A stretch of DNA of 49,689 bases from Actinomycetota bacterium (GCA_014894375.1 JADBLP010000075.1:33083-82771); one strand, 5' to 3'. Shown: positions 9,429 through 18,372, counted from the stretch's first letter. Numbers and translations: made by a program. The notes: generated by a model from the letters alone, not told the origin.

Positions 9429-9678
9429 GTATCCACCAATTCTTTATTTGTTCCTCTGTCATTTCTTCTATAATATGGATACCCCCTACATCTGCTAAAG
9501 CTTGGTCTAAAGGATGAATTGTACCCACTCCCCAAATTGGTTTACTATTATTAGAAGTATCTTTAATAAATTCTCCATGTGAATGAATCACTTCAGTAGT
9601 ATTTTCATTAATTGTTTTAACTATGAAATAACTCTCTTTATCCCTTGCAAGTGTATCTTTAAAATATTTCACTTTCAT
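9418..9678 (-). CDS. small protein, possible divergent paralog T9
   Basis: 86 aa. Ends TEEQIKNWWIHDI-stop. 11-nt overlap with T8. Confidence 0.5.
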   Translation of the reverse strand: MKVKYFKDTLARDKESYFIVKTINENTTEVIHSHGEFIKDTSNNSKPIWGVGTIHPLDQALADVGGIHIIEEMTEEQIKNWWIHDI

Positions 9679-9684
9679 ATGCCA

Positions 9685-10626
9685 TCAACCAAGTAACTTT
9701 GTTAAATCCTCTAAGAATCTTTCTGAATTGACCCCTTTTAATTGAAAACCCATAAATCCTGGGTGTCCATTAGCAACCACATATTCCAATGGTTTCAATT
9801 TACCTTGCCAATAAAGTGAAAGTTCTCCACGTAAACTTCCGTGACCATCCTTTTTGTTGATTGCGATTGTAGTTGTCTTTTTAGAATCCTTTTCAAGAAC
9901 TACAGTTGAAACATAACCTGACATGCGATAATTGGACTGGTAAATGATTACATTAAGATTTTCAAACTGATAAGACTTGCAGGTTTTCATTATGTTCCTG
10001 AAATCCTTTTTCACTTCATCCTTTGCTTTTGCTGCTTCTTCATCATAAATGATATCTTCTGGAGTTTCTGCTTCTGAAATAAGTTTTATGGCCTTATCAT
10101 ATGCTTTAACTCTCAGAAGTGCATTAATCGGTGAAGAAACGAGTTTGTATGCTATCCAATGATTAAGTGTATATTCAAAAGTCTTGTCATTCCAAAATGC
10201 ACTTGTTTTGATTCTGTTGAGAAGTTGTGGACATGCTTGAAAGATTTCATAAGGAATTAATTCTGGTTGTCCATCTCCCATAACCCCAACTGCAACTTTC
10301 CACCATTGAGATTTCGGTATGTCCTCATGAAATAATCGCCATGCAATTAGACTTGCAGGTACAGTATCCGAAAATAAGTTATACTTTCGTTTGATTGGAT
10401 AAGTTTCTATCGCATGGTGGTCTAAAATATTAAGTCCTTCTGGAACTTCTTGCCCTTCAATTGGGTGCATATCACACATCCAATCTCCTGTCTTTAATCC
10501 AGTTGTATCTCCAAATTCTCCACTCCACACTTCTAATTTAGGATTCTCAACATGATACGATGTAAGAAAAATGGATGTGATTCCATCAGCATCAAAATGC
10601 CCCCTCAGAATTGTTTCTTTATTCAT
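9685..10626 (-). CDS. DHH-family phosphoesterase (RecJ/Cdc45-GAN-like)
   Basis: Motif I HFDADGITS and motif III NILDHHA. Confidence 0.7.
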   Translation of the reverse strand: MNKETILRGHFDADGITSIFLTSYHVENPKLEVWSGEFGDTTGLKTGDWMCDMHPIEGQEVPEGLNILDHHAIETYPIKRKYNLFSDTVPASLIAWRLFHEDIPKSQWWKVAVGVMGDGQPELIPYEIFQACPQLLNRIKTSAFWNDKTFEYTLNHWIAYKLVSSPINALLRVKAYDKAIKLISEAETPEDIIYDEEAAKAKDEVKKDFRNIMKTCKSYQFENLNVIIYQSNYRMSGYVSTVVLEKDSKKTTTIAINKKDGHGSLRGELSLYWQGKLKPLEYVVANGHPGFMGFQLKGVNSERFLEDLTKLLG

Positions 10627-10632
10627 TTTTTA

Positions 10633-11652
10633 TTAAACCCCTCCTTTACTATTAATTTCTGCTATTTTATCTTCAAGTTCATTAAGTTTATTCTCTAATT
10701 TATTAATTTCAACAAATTTATCAATTTCATCTACGATAGGATATATTACCTTAGTGATTTTGCCAATTTTATTCTTATATTTAATTATCTCACCAATACC
10801 AATCATTTTCTTGTATACAATTTTACCCGTTGTAGCATCATACTTATGTAAAATACTGTTAATATATTTTGCGTATGGTTCATAATTTGTACAATATATT
10901 AAATAATAGTACGGTAAAACTGGTCTTGTAAATATATGACTCCAATCTTTTTCTAACATAAGATGAATATAACATTCAACAATTTCTTCACTATTCATTT
11001 TCTCATCACTATTATATAAGTATTCAACTGCCTTCAATAAAGATTCTGGTAACGAAACATTCAAACTTTTTGTCTCATATCCTAATTTTTTCTTAAGCCC
11101 TAAACTTCTACGTATTCCTTCTAATTGAAATGTTATTATTATATCCAAATTTTCTTGTTTTCTTAAGTATTCTATTGTACTTAATGGTAATTGATTATCA
11201 CTCCATCCACAAGGGTCTAAAATAATTGTTTTTATTTTCTTTGAGATAATTTCTTTACCTATATCTGAAGAAGCATCTGTCATCAATTCATTACAATCAC
11301 CATGATATGTACAAACTTTAGTTGTGAATTCTCTTCCTAATTTATTTCTTAATTTTTCTATATTTCTATTTAAACAATCAAATACTTCTTTATCTTTCTC
11401 TATAAAATATATTGGTGTCTTATTCCATGGTTGTAATAATAATTTAATAGTTGGATTATAATACTCATTTCCCTCTATGTCAGAATTAATCCCTGGTCCT
11501 GCATTTGCATCTATAATTACACCTTTATTTTTAACTATGAAACTTGTTTTTTGTAACAAATCATAAGTTATTATTTCTTTAGTAAAAGAATGTGATTTAA
11601 TTCTAAATCCAATTAATTCACCATCCTTATATATTTTTGTATTACCACTCAT
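10633..11652 (-). CDS. methyltransferase-fold-like protein, possibly TcmP-like partner protein
   Basis: Motif-I-like VIIDANAGPG, then IYFIEKD, HGDCNE and IILDPCGW. This order is as I recall for the three-Cys-motif partner (TcmP) family. Family assignment is from memory only. ATGA overlap with the upstream ParB-rSAM gene. Confidence 0.4.
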   Translation of the reverse strand: MSGNTKIYKDGELIGFRIKSHSFTKEIITYDLLQKTSFIVKNKGVIIDANAGPGINSDIEGNEYYNPTIKLLLQPWNKTPIYFIEKDKEVFDCLNRNIEKLRNKLGREFTTKVCTYHGDCNELMTDASSDIGKEIISKKIKTIILDPCGWSDNQLPLSTIEYLRKQENLDIIITFQLEGIRRSLGLKKKLGYETKSLNVSLPESLLKAVEYLYNSDEKMNSEEIVECYIHLMLEKDWSHIFTRPVLPYYYLIYCTNYEPYAKYINSILHKYDATTGKIVYKKMIGIGEIIKYKNKIGKITKVIYPIVDEIDKFVEINKLENKLNELEDKIAEINSKGGV

Positions 11653-12974
11653 TCTATAATCTCCTGTTCTGGTAAATTTAATAATCTTTTATAACTTTCT
11701 TTCCATCTAATCTTTGGAGTGTCTTTATAAATACTATATAACCATTGAACAAATTCCAACTTTATAGTTTGGAGAATCATATGAAATTCTGGAGTATTAT
11801 GATTTGATTTATCTACTCTTGATTCTATCTCATTCATTTTCCCTAACCAAATAGTTTGTGTAACAAATGGAGAACACTTATAAACTACAATTGGAATTGT
11901 CCCATCTAAAATTGGTTCGCAACTAACAGAAGTTTCAAATCCTTGTTTAAATGCATATTCTAAACTTTCTAATCTCTCTTCAAATGATGGTGTGTTAGGT
12001 TCCCAGAATTTAAGAACTTTATTACTATAACTTCCAATTGTAAATCGGAACATTATTTGTTTCTTATAATCTTTTAATTCTTTGCAAATCTTTTTAACAC
12101 AATCTAAATGTGGTTTAGATGTTATAAGTATCTCATTTCCTACTTTCAATTGTTTCTTTAAATAAGATATGCAATCATCCACATTTTCTGGAGTAATATC
12201 ATGTGTAGTAGGAAACATCCCCCTACCTTCTTCTTTCTTTACTTTATCCAGAAATCCTTTCAATCTTTTTGGTTTAATCCATTCTGCTTCATTCTTTACT
12301 GAATGATATTTATTAATAGCATCATATTTTGCATAGCAATATTTACAATCGTGTCTGCATCCACTATCTATATTAATAGAATAATCTGACCATTCTCTTG
12401 TTCCAGATTTAGGAATTTCTCTCTCAGAAGTTGGTATAGATTTTGATTCATCAAATGATTTCTGTTTAACTTTTCTATATACTTCATCAATAGACATTCC
12501 TTTATTCATCTTATCTATTAATTCTCTATCACCTGATTCAACTACTTGTTTTGCCTTTGAGAGTGAATCTGTTGAGTATCCTGTGATTTTAGAAGCTCTG
12601 GCAATTTTACGTGGACTTCGTTCAGAATCTGAACCAAGTTCTAAATCAGTTCTTTCTCCCTGATAACTCTCTTCATCTTGCCAAACTTTAACTGCTTCTT
12701 CTGGTGTGAATGGTTCTCTCTTTATATTCTCATGCCTTTCATCTGCTTTTATATCATCTGTATCTTTAACTATATAATGAATGCCTTCTGTTAATTCTTT
12801 AATCCCTAATTTTTTAAGTGCTTCTAATCTCCTTTCACCATATTTTAACTGTTTATCTTTGGTTATACCAATCGGATGAAGTAATCCTCTATCTTTAATA
12901 CTTTCTGCAAGAGAATCTATATCACCCAAATCTTTTCTGTATCGTTTTCCAACTTTAATTTCATCTATTTTCAT
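11649..12974 (-). CDS. ParB-like N-terminal domain fused to a radical SAM domain
   Basis: ParB/Srx-like region LAESIKDRGLLHPIGIT..YGERRLEALKKLG. Canonical CX3CX2C cluster SGCRHDCKYCYA, resembling the SplB/COG1533 context. Confidence 0.7.
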   Translation of the reverse strand: MKIDEIKVGKRYRKDLGDIDSLAESIKDRGLLHPIGITKDKQLKYGERRLEALKKLGIKELTEGIHYIVKDTDDIKADERHENIKREPFTPEEAVKVWQDEESYQGERTDLELGSDSERSPRKIARASKITGYSTDSLSKAKQVVESGDRELIDKMNKGMSIDEVYRKVKQKSFDESKSIPTSEREIPKSGTREWSDYSINIDSGCRHDCKYCYAKYDAINKYHSVKNEAEWIKPKRLKGFLDKVKKEEGRGMFPTTHDITPENVDDCISYLKKQLKVGNEILITSKPHLDCVKKICKELKDYKKQIMFRFTIGSYSNKVLKFWEPNTPSFEERLESLEYAFKQGFETSVSCEPILDGTIPIVVYKCSPFVTQTIWLGKMNEIESRVDKSNHNTPEFHMILQTIKLEFVQWLYSIYKDTPKIRWKESYKRLLNLPEQEIIE

Positions 12975-12986
12975 TCAAATTACTCC

Positions 12987-13286
12987 TTAATAACCATCCA
13001 ATTTCCATTGATTAATATCTTTTTCTAATTTCTTTTTTACTCTATCTGAATTTCTATTATAATATATTCTATAAGAATTTTCACTCAAAATGCTATTGCA
13101 ATTATTAGATTCTTTAACTCCATCTATTATATCATTTATTTTATCATCACTTATATTTCTATCTTCTACAGTTTTTATAAAATCTTCGTAATCTGTTCCA
13201 TCAAAATGACTTGTACTTCCATCAAATTCAATTACTTTTTCAATAAACTCATCATAGGTATATTCATCATAGAAATATCTTGTCAT
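12987..13286 (-). CDS. acidic hypothetical protein
   Basis: 99 aa ORF rich in Asp/Glu/Tyr. Confidence 0.45.
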   Translation of the reverse strand: MTRYFYDEYTYDEFIEKVIEFDGSTSHFDGTDYEDFIKTVEDRNISDDKINDIIDGVKESNNCNSILSENSYRIYYNRNSDRVKKKLEKDINQWKLDGY

Positions 13287-13387
13287 AATTTAATCCTTCT
13301 CCACACAAATCTTCCTATCTCAAACGGATAACTTAACAACCAACCAAATGCCACGTAGCCAAAGATATACGCCAAAACTCCTAAGAT

Positions 13388-13537
13388 TTAACCACCTTTT
13401 CTATAAACTGTATCTGCTCTCCTGTCAATCTCTTTAATCAATTCATCACGCAAATTCTCGTTGCCTTCCTTATAACCATCATTTATCTTTATCTCAGCTA
13501 TGATTAATCTGTCTATCAAAATGCCAATTGTTTCCAT
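13388..13537 (-). CDS. small hypothetical protein (49 aa)
   Basis: Hand-found ORF METIGILIDRLIIAEIKINDGYKEG... It abuts the stop of 13538..13792. Confidence 0.3.
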   Translation of the reverse strand: METIGILIDRLIIAEIKINDGYKEGNENLRDELIKEIDRRADTVYRKGG

Positions 13538-13792
13538 TTATTTCTTCTTCTCCTTTAACTTCTCTTGTAAATGCCATAAAATTTCTTCTGCAACTGCAAT
13601 CTTACCAGAAACTACACTAATATAATTTATCCACAAAGAAGGACAAATCTTCTCCAATTCTTCATACGCCTTATTTGAGATTTCATAATTCTCAAACACT
13701 TGACTTGTTTCTTCATCAATTTCTTCACTAATCGTATGTGTATCGTTAAGCAACTTCTGAATCCTTTTGATTTCCTTCTCTATAGATTTCAT
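13538..13792 (-). CDS. coiled-coil protein
   Basis: 84 aa with heptad-like charged composition. Confidence 0.45.
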   Translation of the reverse strand: MKSIEKEIKRIQKLLNDTHTISEEIDEETSQVFENYEISNKAYEELEKICPSLWINYISVVSGKIAVAEEILWHLQEKLKEKKK

Positions 13793-13998
13793 AATTCACT
13801 TCCTTTTACCACATGCCTAAAAAAGTCGATAGATAAATGCAGATTTCAAGCAAAACTGCTAATCTATGCACATGCAACTCAACTTTGGAGTAAATACCTT
13901 ATCCTTTACTTTTCTCCTTATAGATTTTATTTACTATACTTCACTTTACTTTGCTTCACACCACTACACTTCACTGCACAAAACCAAACTTCATAAAT

Positions 13999-14730
13999 CT
14001 AAATGAAAAATATTTTATTGCCCTCTTCTTTGATAATCCCTGCTTCAAGAATTTCCTTCCAAATGGATAAAATTCGTTTCTCGCCAATTTCTGCGAAAAA
14101 ATCAACTGAATTGATAAATTCATTCTTGTCAATCCCTGCCAACATCCGATTCAACGGTGCATTTTCTTTTACTTTAATAACACCTTGCATAATCTTATCC
14201 TTGATTGGAACTTCATCTACCTTTTTGCCATTTGTTTTCTTTGCTTCTTTTGGCAATTCTACTTTTCCAAGATAAGCAACATCCCATTTAAAATTTCCAA
14301 GAAACTTTAATTTCCATTTAGTCCCTGGCAAATCTATACTTTTCAAATTGTTTTTTGTCATTTCCATAAGAACACCACGTAAACTTCCACTGTTATTGCC
14401 ACCAAGACCATAGACAACTTCTTTTCCTTTTACAAGTGCTTTCACTTCAAACTTATCCCATGCTTTTCTTGGTTGCCCTGCTTTAGTTAAATATGGATTC
14501 CCATCTTTATCTTTCAGTGGTGGATTCCAAATCTTTCCAAGAATATCTTCTTCTCCTGGTTCTACTTGTACGATTCCAGAAGTGAAAGTTGTAATCACAC
14601 TTCCATCTTCTTCATACAGTTGTTTCTCTTCTTCACGTGCTTTTCCTTTTTCTTTTTGATAGAAGTAAGCTGAACCAGCTAATTCTTCTAACACCTGCTT
14701 TAACATTTGGTCATCAAGTATACGTGCCAT
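13999..14730 (-). CDS. hypothetical protein (stand-alone transcription unit)
   Basis: 243 aa, Lys/Gly/Glu-rich. Followed by a 200-nt non-coding gap. No motif recognised. Confidence 0.55.
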   Translation of the reverse strand: MARILDDQMLKQVLEELAGSAYFYQKEKGKAREEEKQLYEEDGSVITTFTSGIVQVEPGEEDILGKIWNPPLKDKDGNPYLTKAGQPRKAWDKFEVKALVKGKEVVYGLGGNNSGSLRGVLMEMTKNNLKSIDLPGTKWKLKFLGNFKWDVAYLGKVELPKEAKKTNGKKVDEVPIKDKIMQGVIKVKENAPLNRMLAGIDKNEFINSVDFFAEIGEKRILSIWKEILEAGIIKEEGNKIFFI

Positions 14731-14742
14731 TTTTCTTTTCTC

Positions 14743-14961
14743 CTATTTTCCTCTTTTTTTCATAATTTCATATGCATCAGTTAATATAGATATATCCGTT
14801 CTTAATTCACGAATCTTACTCATATTTTTTTCATACTTTATATCTTGCTTTCTTTTTCCAATAAGAATTGTAATTTCATCTGGTGTAATCGTTTCACAAA
14901 ATTTCCATAATGCCCATGTATTTTTATTCTCTTTTGCTGATTTTGGTATATCCTCTTTCAT
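14743..14961 (-). CDS. hypothetical protein
   Basis: 72 aa ORF. ATGA overlap with the upstream ORF. Confidence 0.4.
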   Translation of the reverse strand: MKEDIPKSAKENKNTWALWKFCETITPDEITILIGKRKQDIKYEKNMSKIRELRTDISILTDAYEIMKKRGK

Positions 14962-15455
14962 TCATCCTCTACAATCAATTTCACATAATCCCATTTAGCA
15001 TACTTCTCTTTTTTATCAGTCGGTTCATACATTTCATAATCAGTTTCATCATCTTCACCCCTACATTCAGAACTTGCCCTTGCATTGAGATTTACATAAG
15101 TTATATCATCTTCATCTTCTGTATATGCAATCGAATACTTCTCCTTACCATCTTTATCATAAACAACCCCATTTTCAGAATTAAACCATTCTTCCTCTGA
15201 AATTGGTTCTGAACTTCTCCTGACTTCATATTCCTCATCAAGCATTTTCTTTCTTTGTAATAAATTCTTGTATTGCAATTGATAGTCATAATTATCCAAA
15301 TCAAAATGATTACGGAAATCTTGAATCTCTTTAGTATATTTATGTTTTAAGAACCTCAAACTAGAGATATCTAAATCTGAAATGGTTTCATCAAATCTTA
15401 TTTGATTCTTCCATCCATCTGTTCTTGGTATATTTGCCTTAAACTTTGTTTTCAT
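14958..15455 (-). CDS. acidic hypothetical protein
   Basis: 165 aa, strongly Asp/Glu/Tyr-rich. Confidence 0.5.
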   Translation of the reverse strand: MKTKFKANIPRTDGWKNQIRFDETISDLDISSLRFLKHKYTKEIQDFRNHFDLDNYDYQLQYKNLLQRKKMLDEEYEVRRSSEPISEEEWFNSENGVVYDKDGKEKYSIAYTEDEDDITYVNLNARASSECRGEDDETDYEMYEPTDKKEKYAKWDYVKLIVEDE

Positions 15456-15698
15456 AAATCCTCTCTTATTTATCCTCTATATAATTAGATAACAGGATAT
15501 TTTTCTTTATATCCTTTTCTATCATCGTTAATTCTTTCACTTTTTCTCCAAAATATGCTAACTTCTGCATGTGTGCTTGTAAAAATCCACTACTTCCTTG
15601 CTTTTTTCTTACTTCCAATGTGTTTTACCCCACTTGAAATAGATATGCCTTTCTATTATCACTTTTACCCTAAATATATGCGTGTAGATTGCATGTTT

Positions 15699-15959
15699 CT
15701 AAATCATGTACGCAAATGCTTCTTTCTCTGAAGAAATTTCATCATGCCAACTAACATTTTCAATTTGAGTAAGAAATCCAGAAATCATTCCCACTCGATA
15801 TGTACCCTTACTAATAACTGTACCGTCAAATGCTCTTCCACTATTATTCTTACCAAATCCATATGGTTCTTTATCAACTATAATAAAATCTGGTTTTGAT
15901 TCCTTCCAACTCCTTTTTATGATATTACCTTTCTTATAGATATTCTCATTAAGTTTCAT
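15699..15959 (-). CDS. EALAWLI-tail small protein, paralog T10
   Basis: 86 aa. Ends SSEKEAFAYMI-stop. Confidence 0.7.
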   Translation of the reverse strand: MKLNENIYKKGNIIKRSWKESKPDFIIVDKEPYGFGKNNSGRAFDGTVISKGTYRVGMISGFLTQIENVSWHDEISSEKEAFAYMI

Positions 15960-16187
15960 CTAAATCATTCTCACAAATGCCTCATCTTTGGATATAATCT
16001 TGAAATATGGTGGTTCTATACCATCCCAGAAATAAGTATTCAATCCTTTCTCAAATCCATTTAACCAAAATATCCATATTTTTCTACCTTCTTCAATCTT
16101 ATTAACCTTACCAATATCGCCCTTTCCATTATCTGTTATTAAATCAATAACATAATCACCAATCTTAACTTTCTTCATATCATCCAT
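15960..16187 (-). CDS. EALAWLI-tail small protein, paralog T11
   Basis: 75 aa. Starts MDDMKKVKIGDYV, ends ISKDEAFVRMI-stop. TAGATG junction with T10. Confidence 0.7.
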   Translation of the reverse strand: MDDMKKVKIGDYVIDLITDNGKGDIGKVNKIEEGRKIWIFWLNGFEKGLNTYFWDGIEPPYFKIISKDEAFVRMI

Positions 16188-16417
16188 GCCAACATCTCTT
16201 TTTCAGTTAAGAATTTATGAATTGTGGTTTTAGAATGTCCGAGCCCAAAACTTGTTTCCTCTCCAATATATCCTTCCCTACCAGAATTTGTCTTTAAGAT
16301 TCTATAATACACATCATTTCCTTTTATCTTAATAATTTTACCACAATTCATCCATTTATCATTAGGATTTCTATCTTTCCTCAAAACATATGGTTTATCA
16401 GTTATTGATTTCTTCAT
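16175..16417 (-). CDS. EALAWLI-tail small protein, paralog T12
   Basis: 80 aa. Ends LTEKEMLAWMI-stop. 13-nt overlap with T11. Confidence 0.75.
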   Translation of the reverse strand: MKKSITDKPYVLRKDRNPNDKWMNCGKIIKIKGNDVYYRILKTNSGREGYIGEETSFGLGHSKTTIHKFLTEKEMLAWMI

Positions 16418-16926
16418 CGTTTCATCCTCATTAACTTGTTATAATATTTCAGAATTGAATCAATAGAAACTGGTCTAAAATCCCATACGTCTGTTCCAAC
16501 ATTAATCACTGGAACATCTTGCAAAAAGATATACTTCCATTTGTTATGGATATGACCACAGAGGACTGCATCAAAATTCTCAATATATGTATTTGCATCT
16601 GGTGGTCTGTGTTGCACTAGAAACTTCTTATTTCCAAATTCCATAACTGCTGATTGAATAAGCGTTTTAACTCCAGAATTGTAATCGTGATTCCCTGCGA
16701 TATGAACAATCCTTCCATGAAGTTTCTTTTCCCATTCAAGTGCCTTATCTTGCCCTTTAAACGAGAAATCCCCCACATGATAGACTAAATCATCTGGTTC
16801 AACTTTTTTATTCCATCGTTTGACGATTTCATCATTCATTTCATCTATATCTTTGAATGGTCTATTTGCATAGATGATTATGTTACTATGTGAAAAGTGG
16901 CAATCACTTGAAAAATAAATCCTCAT
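16414..16926 (-). CDS. calcineurin-like metallophosphoesterase
   Basis: Motifs SDCHFSH, VGDFSF, GNHD and GHIH, in canonical order. Confidence 0.75.
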   Translation of the reverse strand: MRIYFSSDCHFSHSNIIIYANRPFKDIDEMNDEIVKRWNKKVEPDDLVYHVGDFSFKGQDKALEWEKKLHGRIVHIAGNHDYNSGVKTLIQSAVMEFGNKKFLVQHRPPDANTYIENFDAVLCGHIHNKWKYIFLQDVPVINVGTDVWDFRPVSIDSILKYYNKLMRMKR

Positions 16927-16937
16927 ATTAACCTCAC

Positions 16938-17174
16938 CTAAATCATTGATAAAAATGCCTCATCTTCAGTTACTACCTCAATTTCTCTTTCTGCAAATGG
17001 AAGATTATTAAATCCCTTGCGAACTGGAATAAAAATATTCACATCATATGGATAAGTTTGTGCGTATGAACTAACTCCTATAATCTTACCAACCTTATTT
17101 CTGTATCTCTCCATATTTTTATCTGGATTTAAAATCCTCACATAATCTCCTGATTTATACTTTAAATTAGCCAT
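16938..17174 (-). CDS. EALAWLI-tail small protein, paralog T13
   Basis: 78 aa. Starts MANLKYKSGDYVRIL, ends VTEDEAFLSMI-stop. Confidence 0.7.
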   Translation of the reverse strand: MANLKYKSGDYVRILNPDKNMERYRNKVGKIIGVSSYAQTYPYDVNIFIPVRKGFNNLPFAEREIEVVTEDEAFLSMI

Positions 17175-17428
17175 GCAAGAATCTCTCCATCTGTTGCCAA
17201 AATAATCTCATCATCTTTACAAATCCCATATGGTCTTTCTGTCCAATCTAATCCTTCCATCCTCTTATCTAAACATTCTATACGGTAAGGAAAACTGCAA
17301 AATTCAGGTTCATCAATTGAAAATATCTTATAGATTTTACCTATGCTTGCCTTATCCTTCTTGCTCTCACCATCACATGATTTAATTACCTTGACGTAAT
17401 CTCCCACCTTGAATTTCATATGAGCCAC
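17162..17428 (-). CDS. EALAWLI-tail small protein, paralog T14
   Basis: 88 aa. Starts MAHMKFKVGDYVKV, ends TDGEILAWLI-stop. 13-nt overlap with T13. Confidence 0.75.
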   Translation of the reverse strand: MAHMKFKVGDYVKVIKSCDGESKKDKASIGKIYKIFSIDEPEFCSFPYRIECLDKRMEGLDWTERPYGICKDDEIILATDGEILAWLI

Positions 17429-17679
17429 GCTAAAACTTCCCTTTCTGGGATTTCTCTGATTATGTTTGGTTTCTTAATATATACACAATAACCATGTCTT
17501 CCTATATTTCTAGTATTGTTTCCCCCACTATGAGTTGTTCCTAGAGGTCTTAATGCTTCAAATGTATACCAAGGTTCAATTTCGTTATCTTCCCCAAGAT
17601 ATCTCACTATTTCTCCATCATGTTTTAGATAACCACCACCAGATACGATATAATAATGATTCAGTTTTAAATCAACCAT
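17416..17679 (-). CDS. EALAWLI-tail small protein, paralog T15
   Basis: Track ORF 17416..17718 trimmed to the ATG (MVDLKLNHYY) that sits in the Trp codon of the T16 tail. Ends PEREVLAWLI-stop. Confidence 0.7.
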   Translation of the reverse strand: MVDLKLNHYYIVSGGGYLKHDGEIVRYLGEDNEIEPWYTFEALRPLGTTHSGGNNTRNIGRHGYCVYIKKPNIIREIPEREVLAWLI

Positions 17680-17903
17680 GCTAATGCTTCCTTTTCTGAT
17701 AGTTTTTTTAATTTGCAATGAGCAATATATAATCTACAAATTTTAGGAAATTGTAATGATTCAACTTCAACTGAACCACCAACATAAAACTTTGTTATTC
17801 TACAAACTTTATAATCTTTTAAATAATCACCATTATAATGAGCAGACTGTGGTAAAACTGTAAGTTTCACTATATCTCTAACTTTAAATTTTAGATTAAC
17901 CAT
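17667..17903 (-). CDS. EALAWLI-tail small protein, paralog T16
   Basis: 78 aa. Starts MVNLKFKVRDIV, ends LSEKEALAWLI-stop. Confidence 0.8.
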   Translation of the reverse strand: MVNLKFKVRDIVKLTVLPQSAHYNGDYLKDYKVCRITKFYVGGSVEVESLQFPKICRLYIAHCKLKKLSEKEALAWLI

Positions 17904-18142
17904 GCTAATGCTTCTCTTTCAGATAATTTTTCCATCTCATGTTTAGCATATATTACTCCACAATTTTCATTAGTTCCTTTAACTTTTCTGAAGAATTTAA
18001 CTACATATGGATATTTCTGTTCTAAAAAACCTATCTGTTTAATCTGTGCAACTTCTCCTTCTACATTTCTCCAATTTGGATAAGTCTTATCAACATTGAC
18101 TAATCTTACTACATCACCTATCTTAAACTTTAGATTAACCAT
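17891..18142 (-). CDS. EALAWLI-tail small protein, paralog T17
   Basis: 83 aa. Starts MVNLKFKIGDVV, ends LSEREALAWLI-stop. Confidence 0.8.
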   Translation of the reverse strand: MVNLKFKIGDVVRLVNVDKTYPNWRNVEGEVAQIKQIGFLEQKYPYVVKFFRKVKGTNENCGVIYAKHEMEKLSEREALAWLI

Positions 18143-18372
18143 GCGAGTGCTTCCTTGTCATTTAATATCGACAAATATGGAATACATCCTTCTTGATACC
18201 CATCCTCAGTATAACTTCCCTCAATCAATGTATTATAAAGTAATCTTACCCTAATAACATTTGCTTTTACAGATATTACCTGTCCTATCTCAATCCCATG
18301 CCCGATTTCACCACTAACATATTTCAATACCATACCAAGTTTGACTTGTTTAAATGATTTAAGTTTCTTCAT
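18130..18372 (-). CDS. EALAWLI-tail small protein, paralog T18
   Basis: 80 aa. Ends LNDKEALAWLI-stop. ATGA overlap with the VWA gene. Confidence 0.8.
   Translation of the reverse strand: MKKLKSFKQVKLGMVLKYVSGEIGHGIEIGQVISVKANVIRVRLLYNTLIEGSYTEDGYQEGCIPYLSILNDKEALAWLI

Noticed and set aside
13793-13998. 200-nt gap with three CTTCAC/GTGAAG repeats after gene 13999..14730, as a possible small RNA
   Set aside because: There are only three short hexamer repeats and no convincing hairpin or promoter-like element. It is more simply a terminator/promoter spacer between transcription units. Not strong enough to report as a finding.
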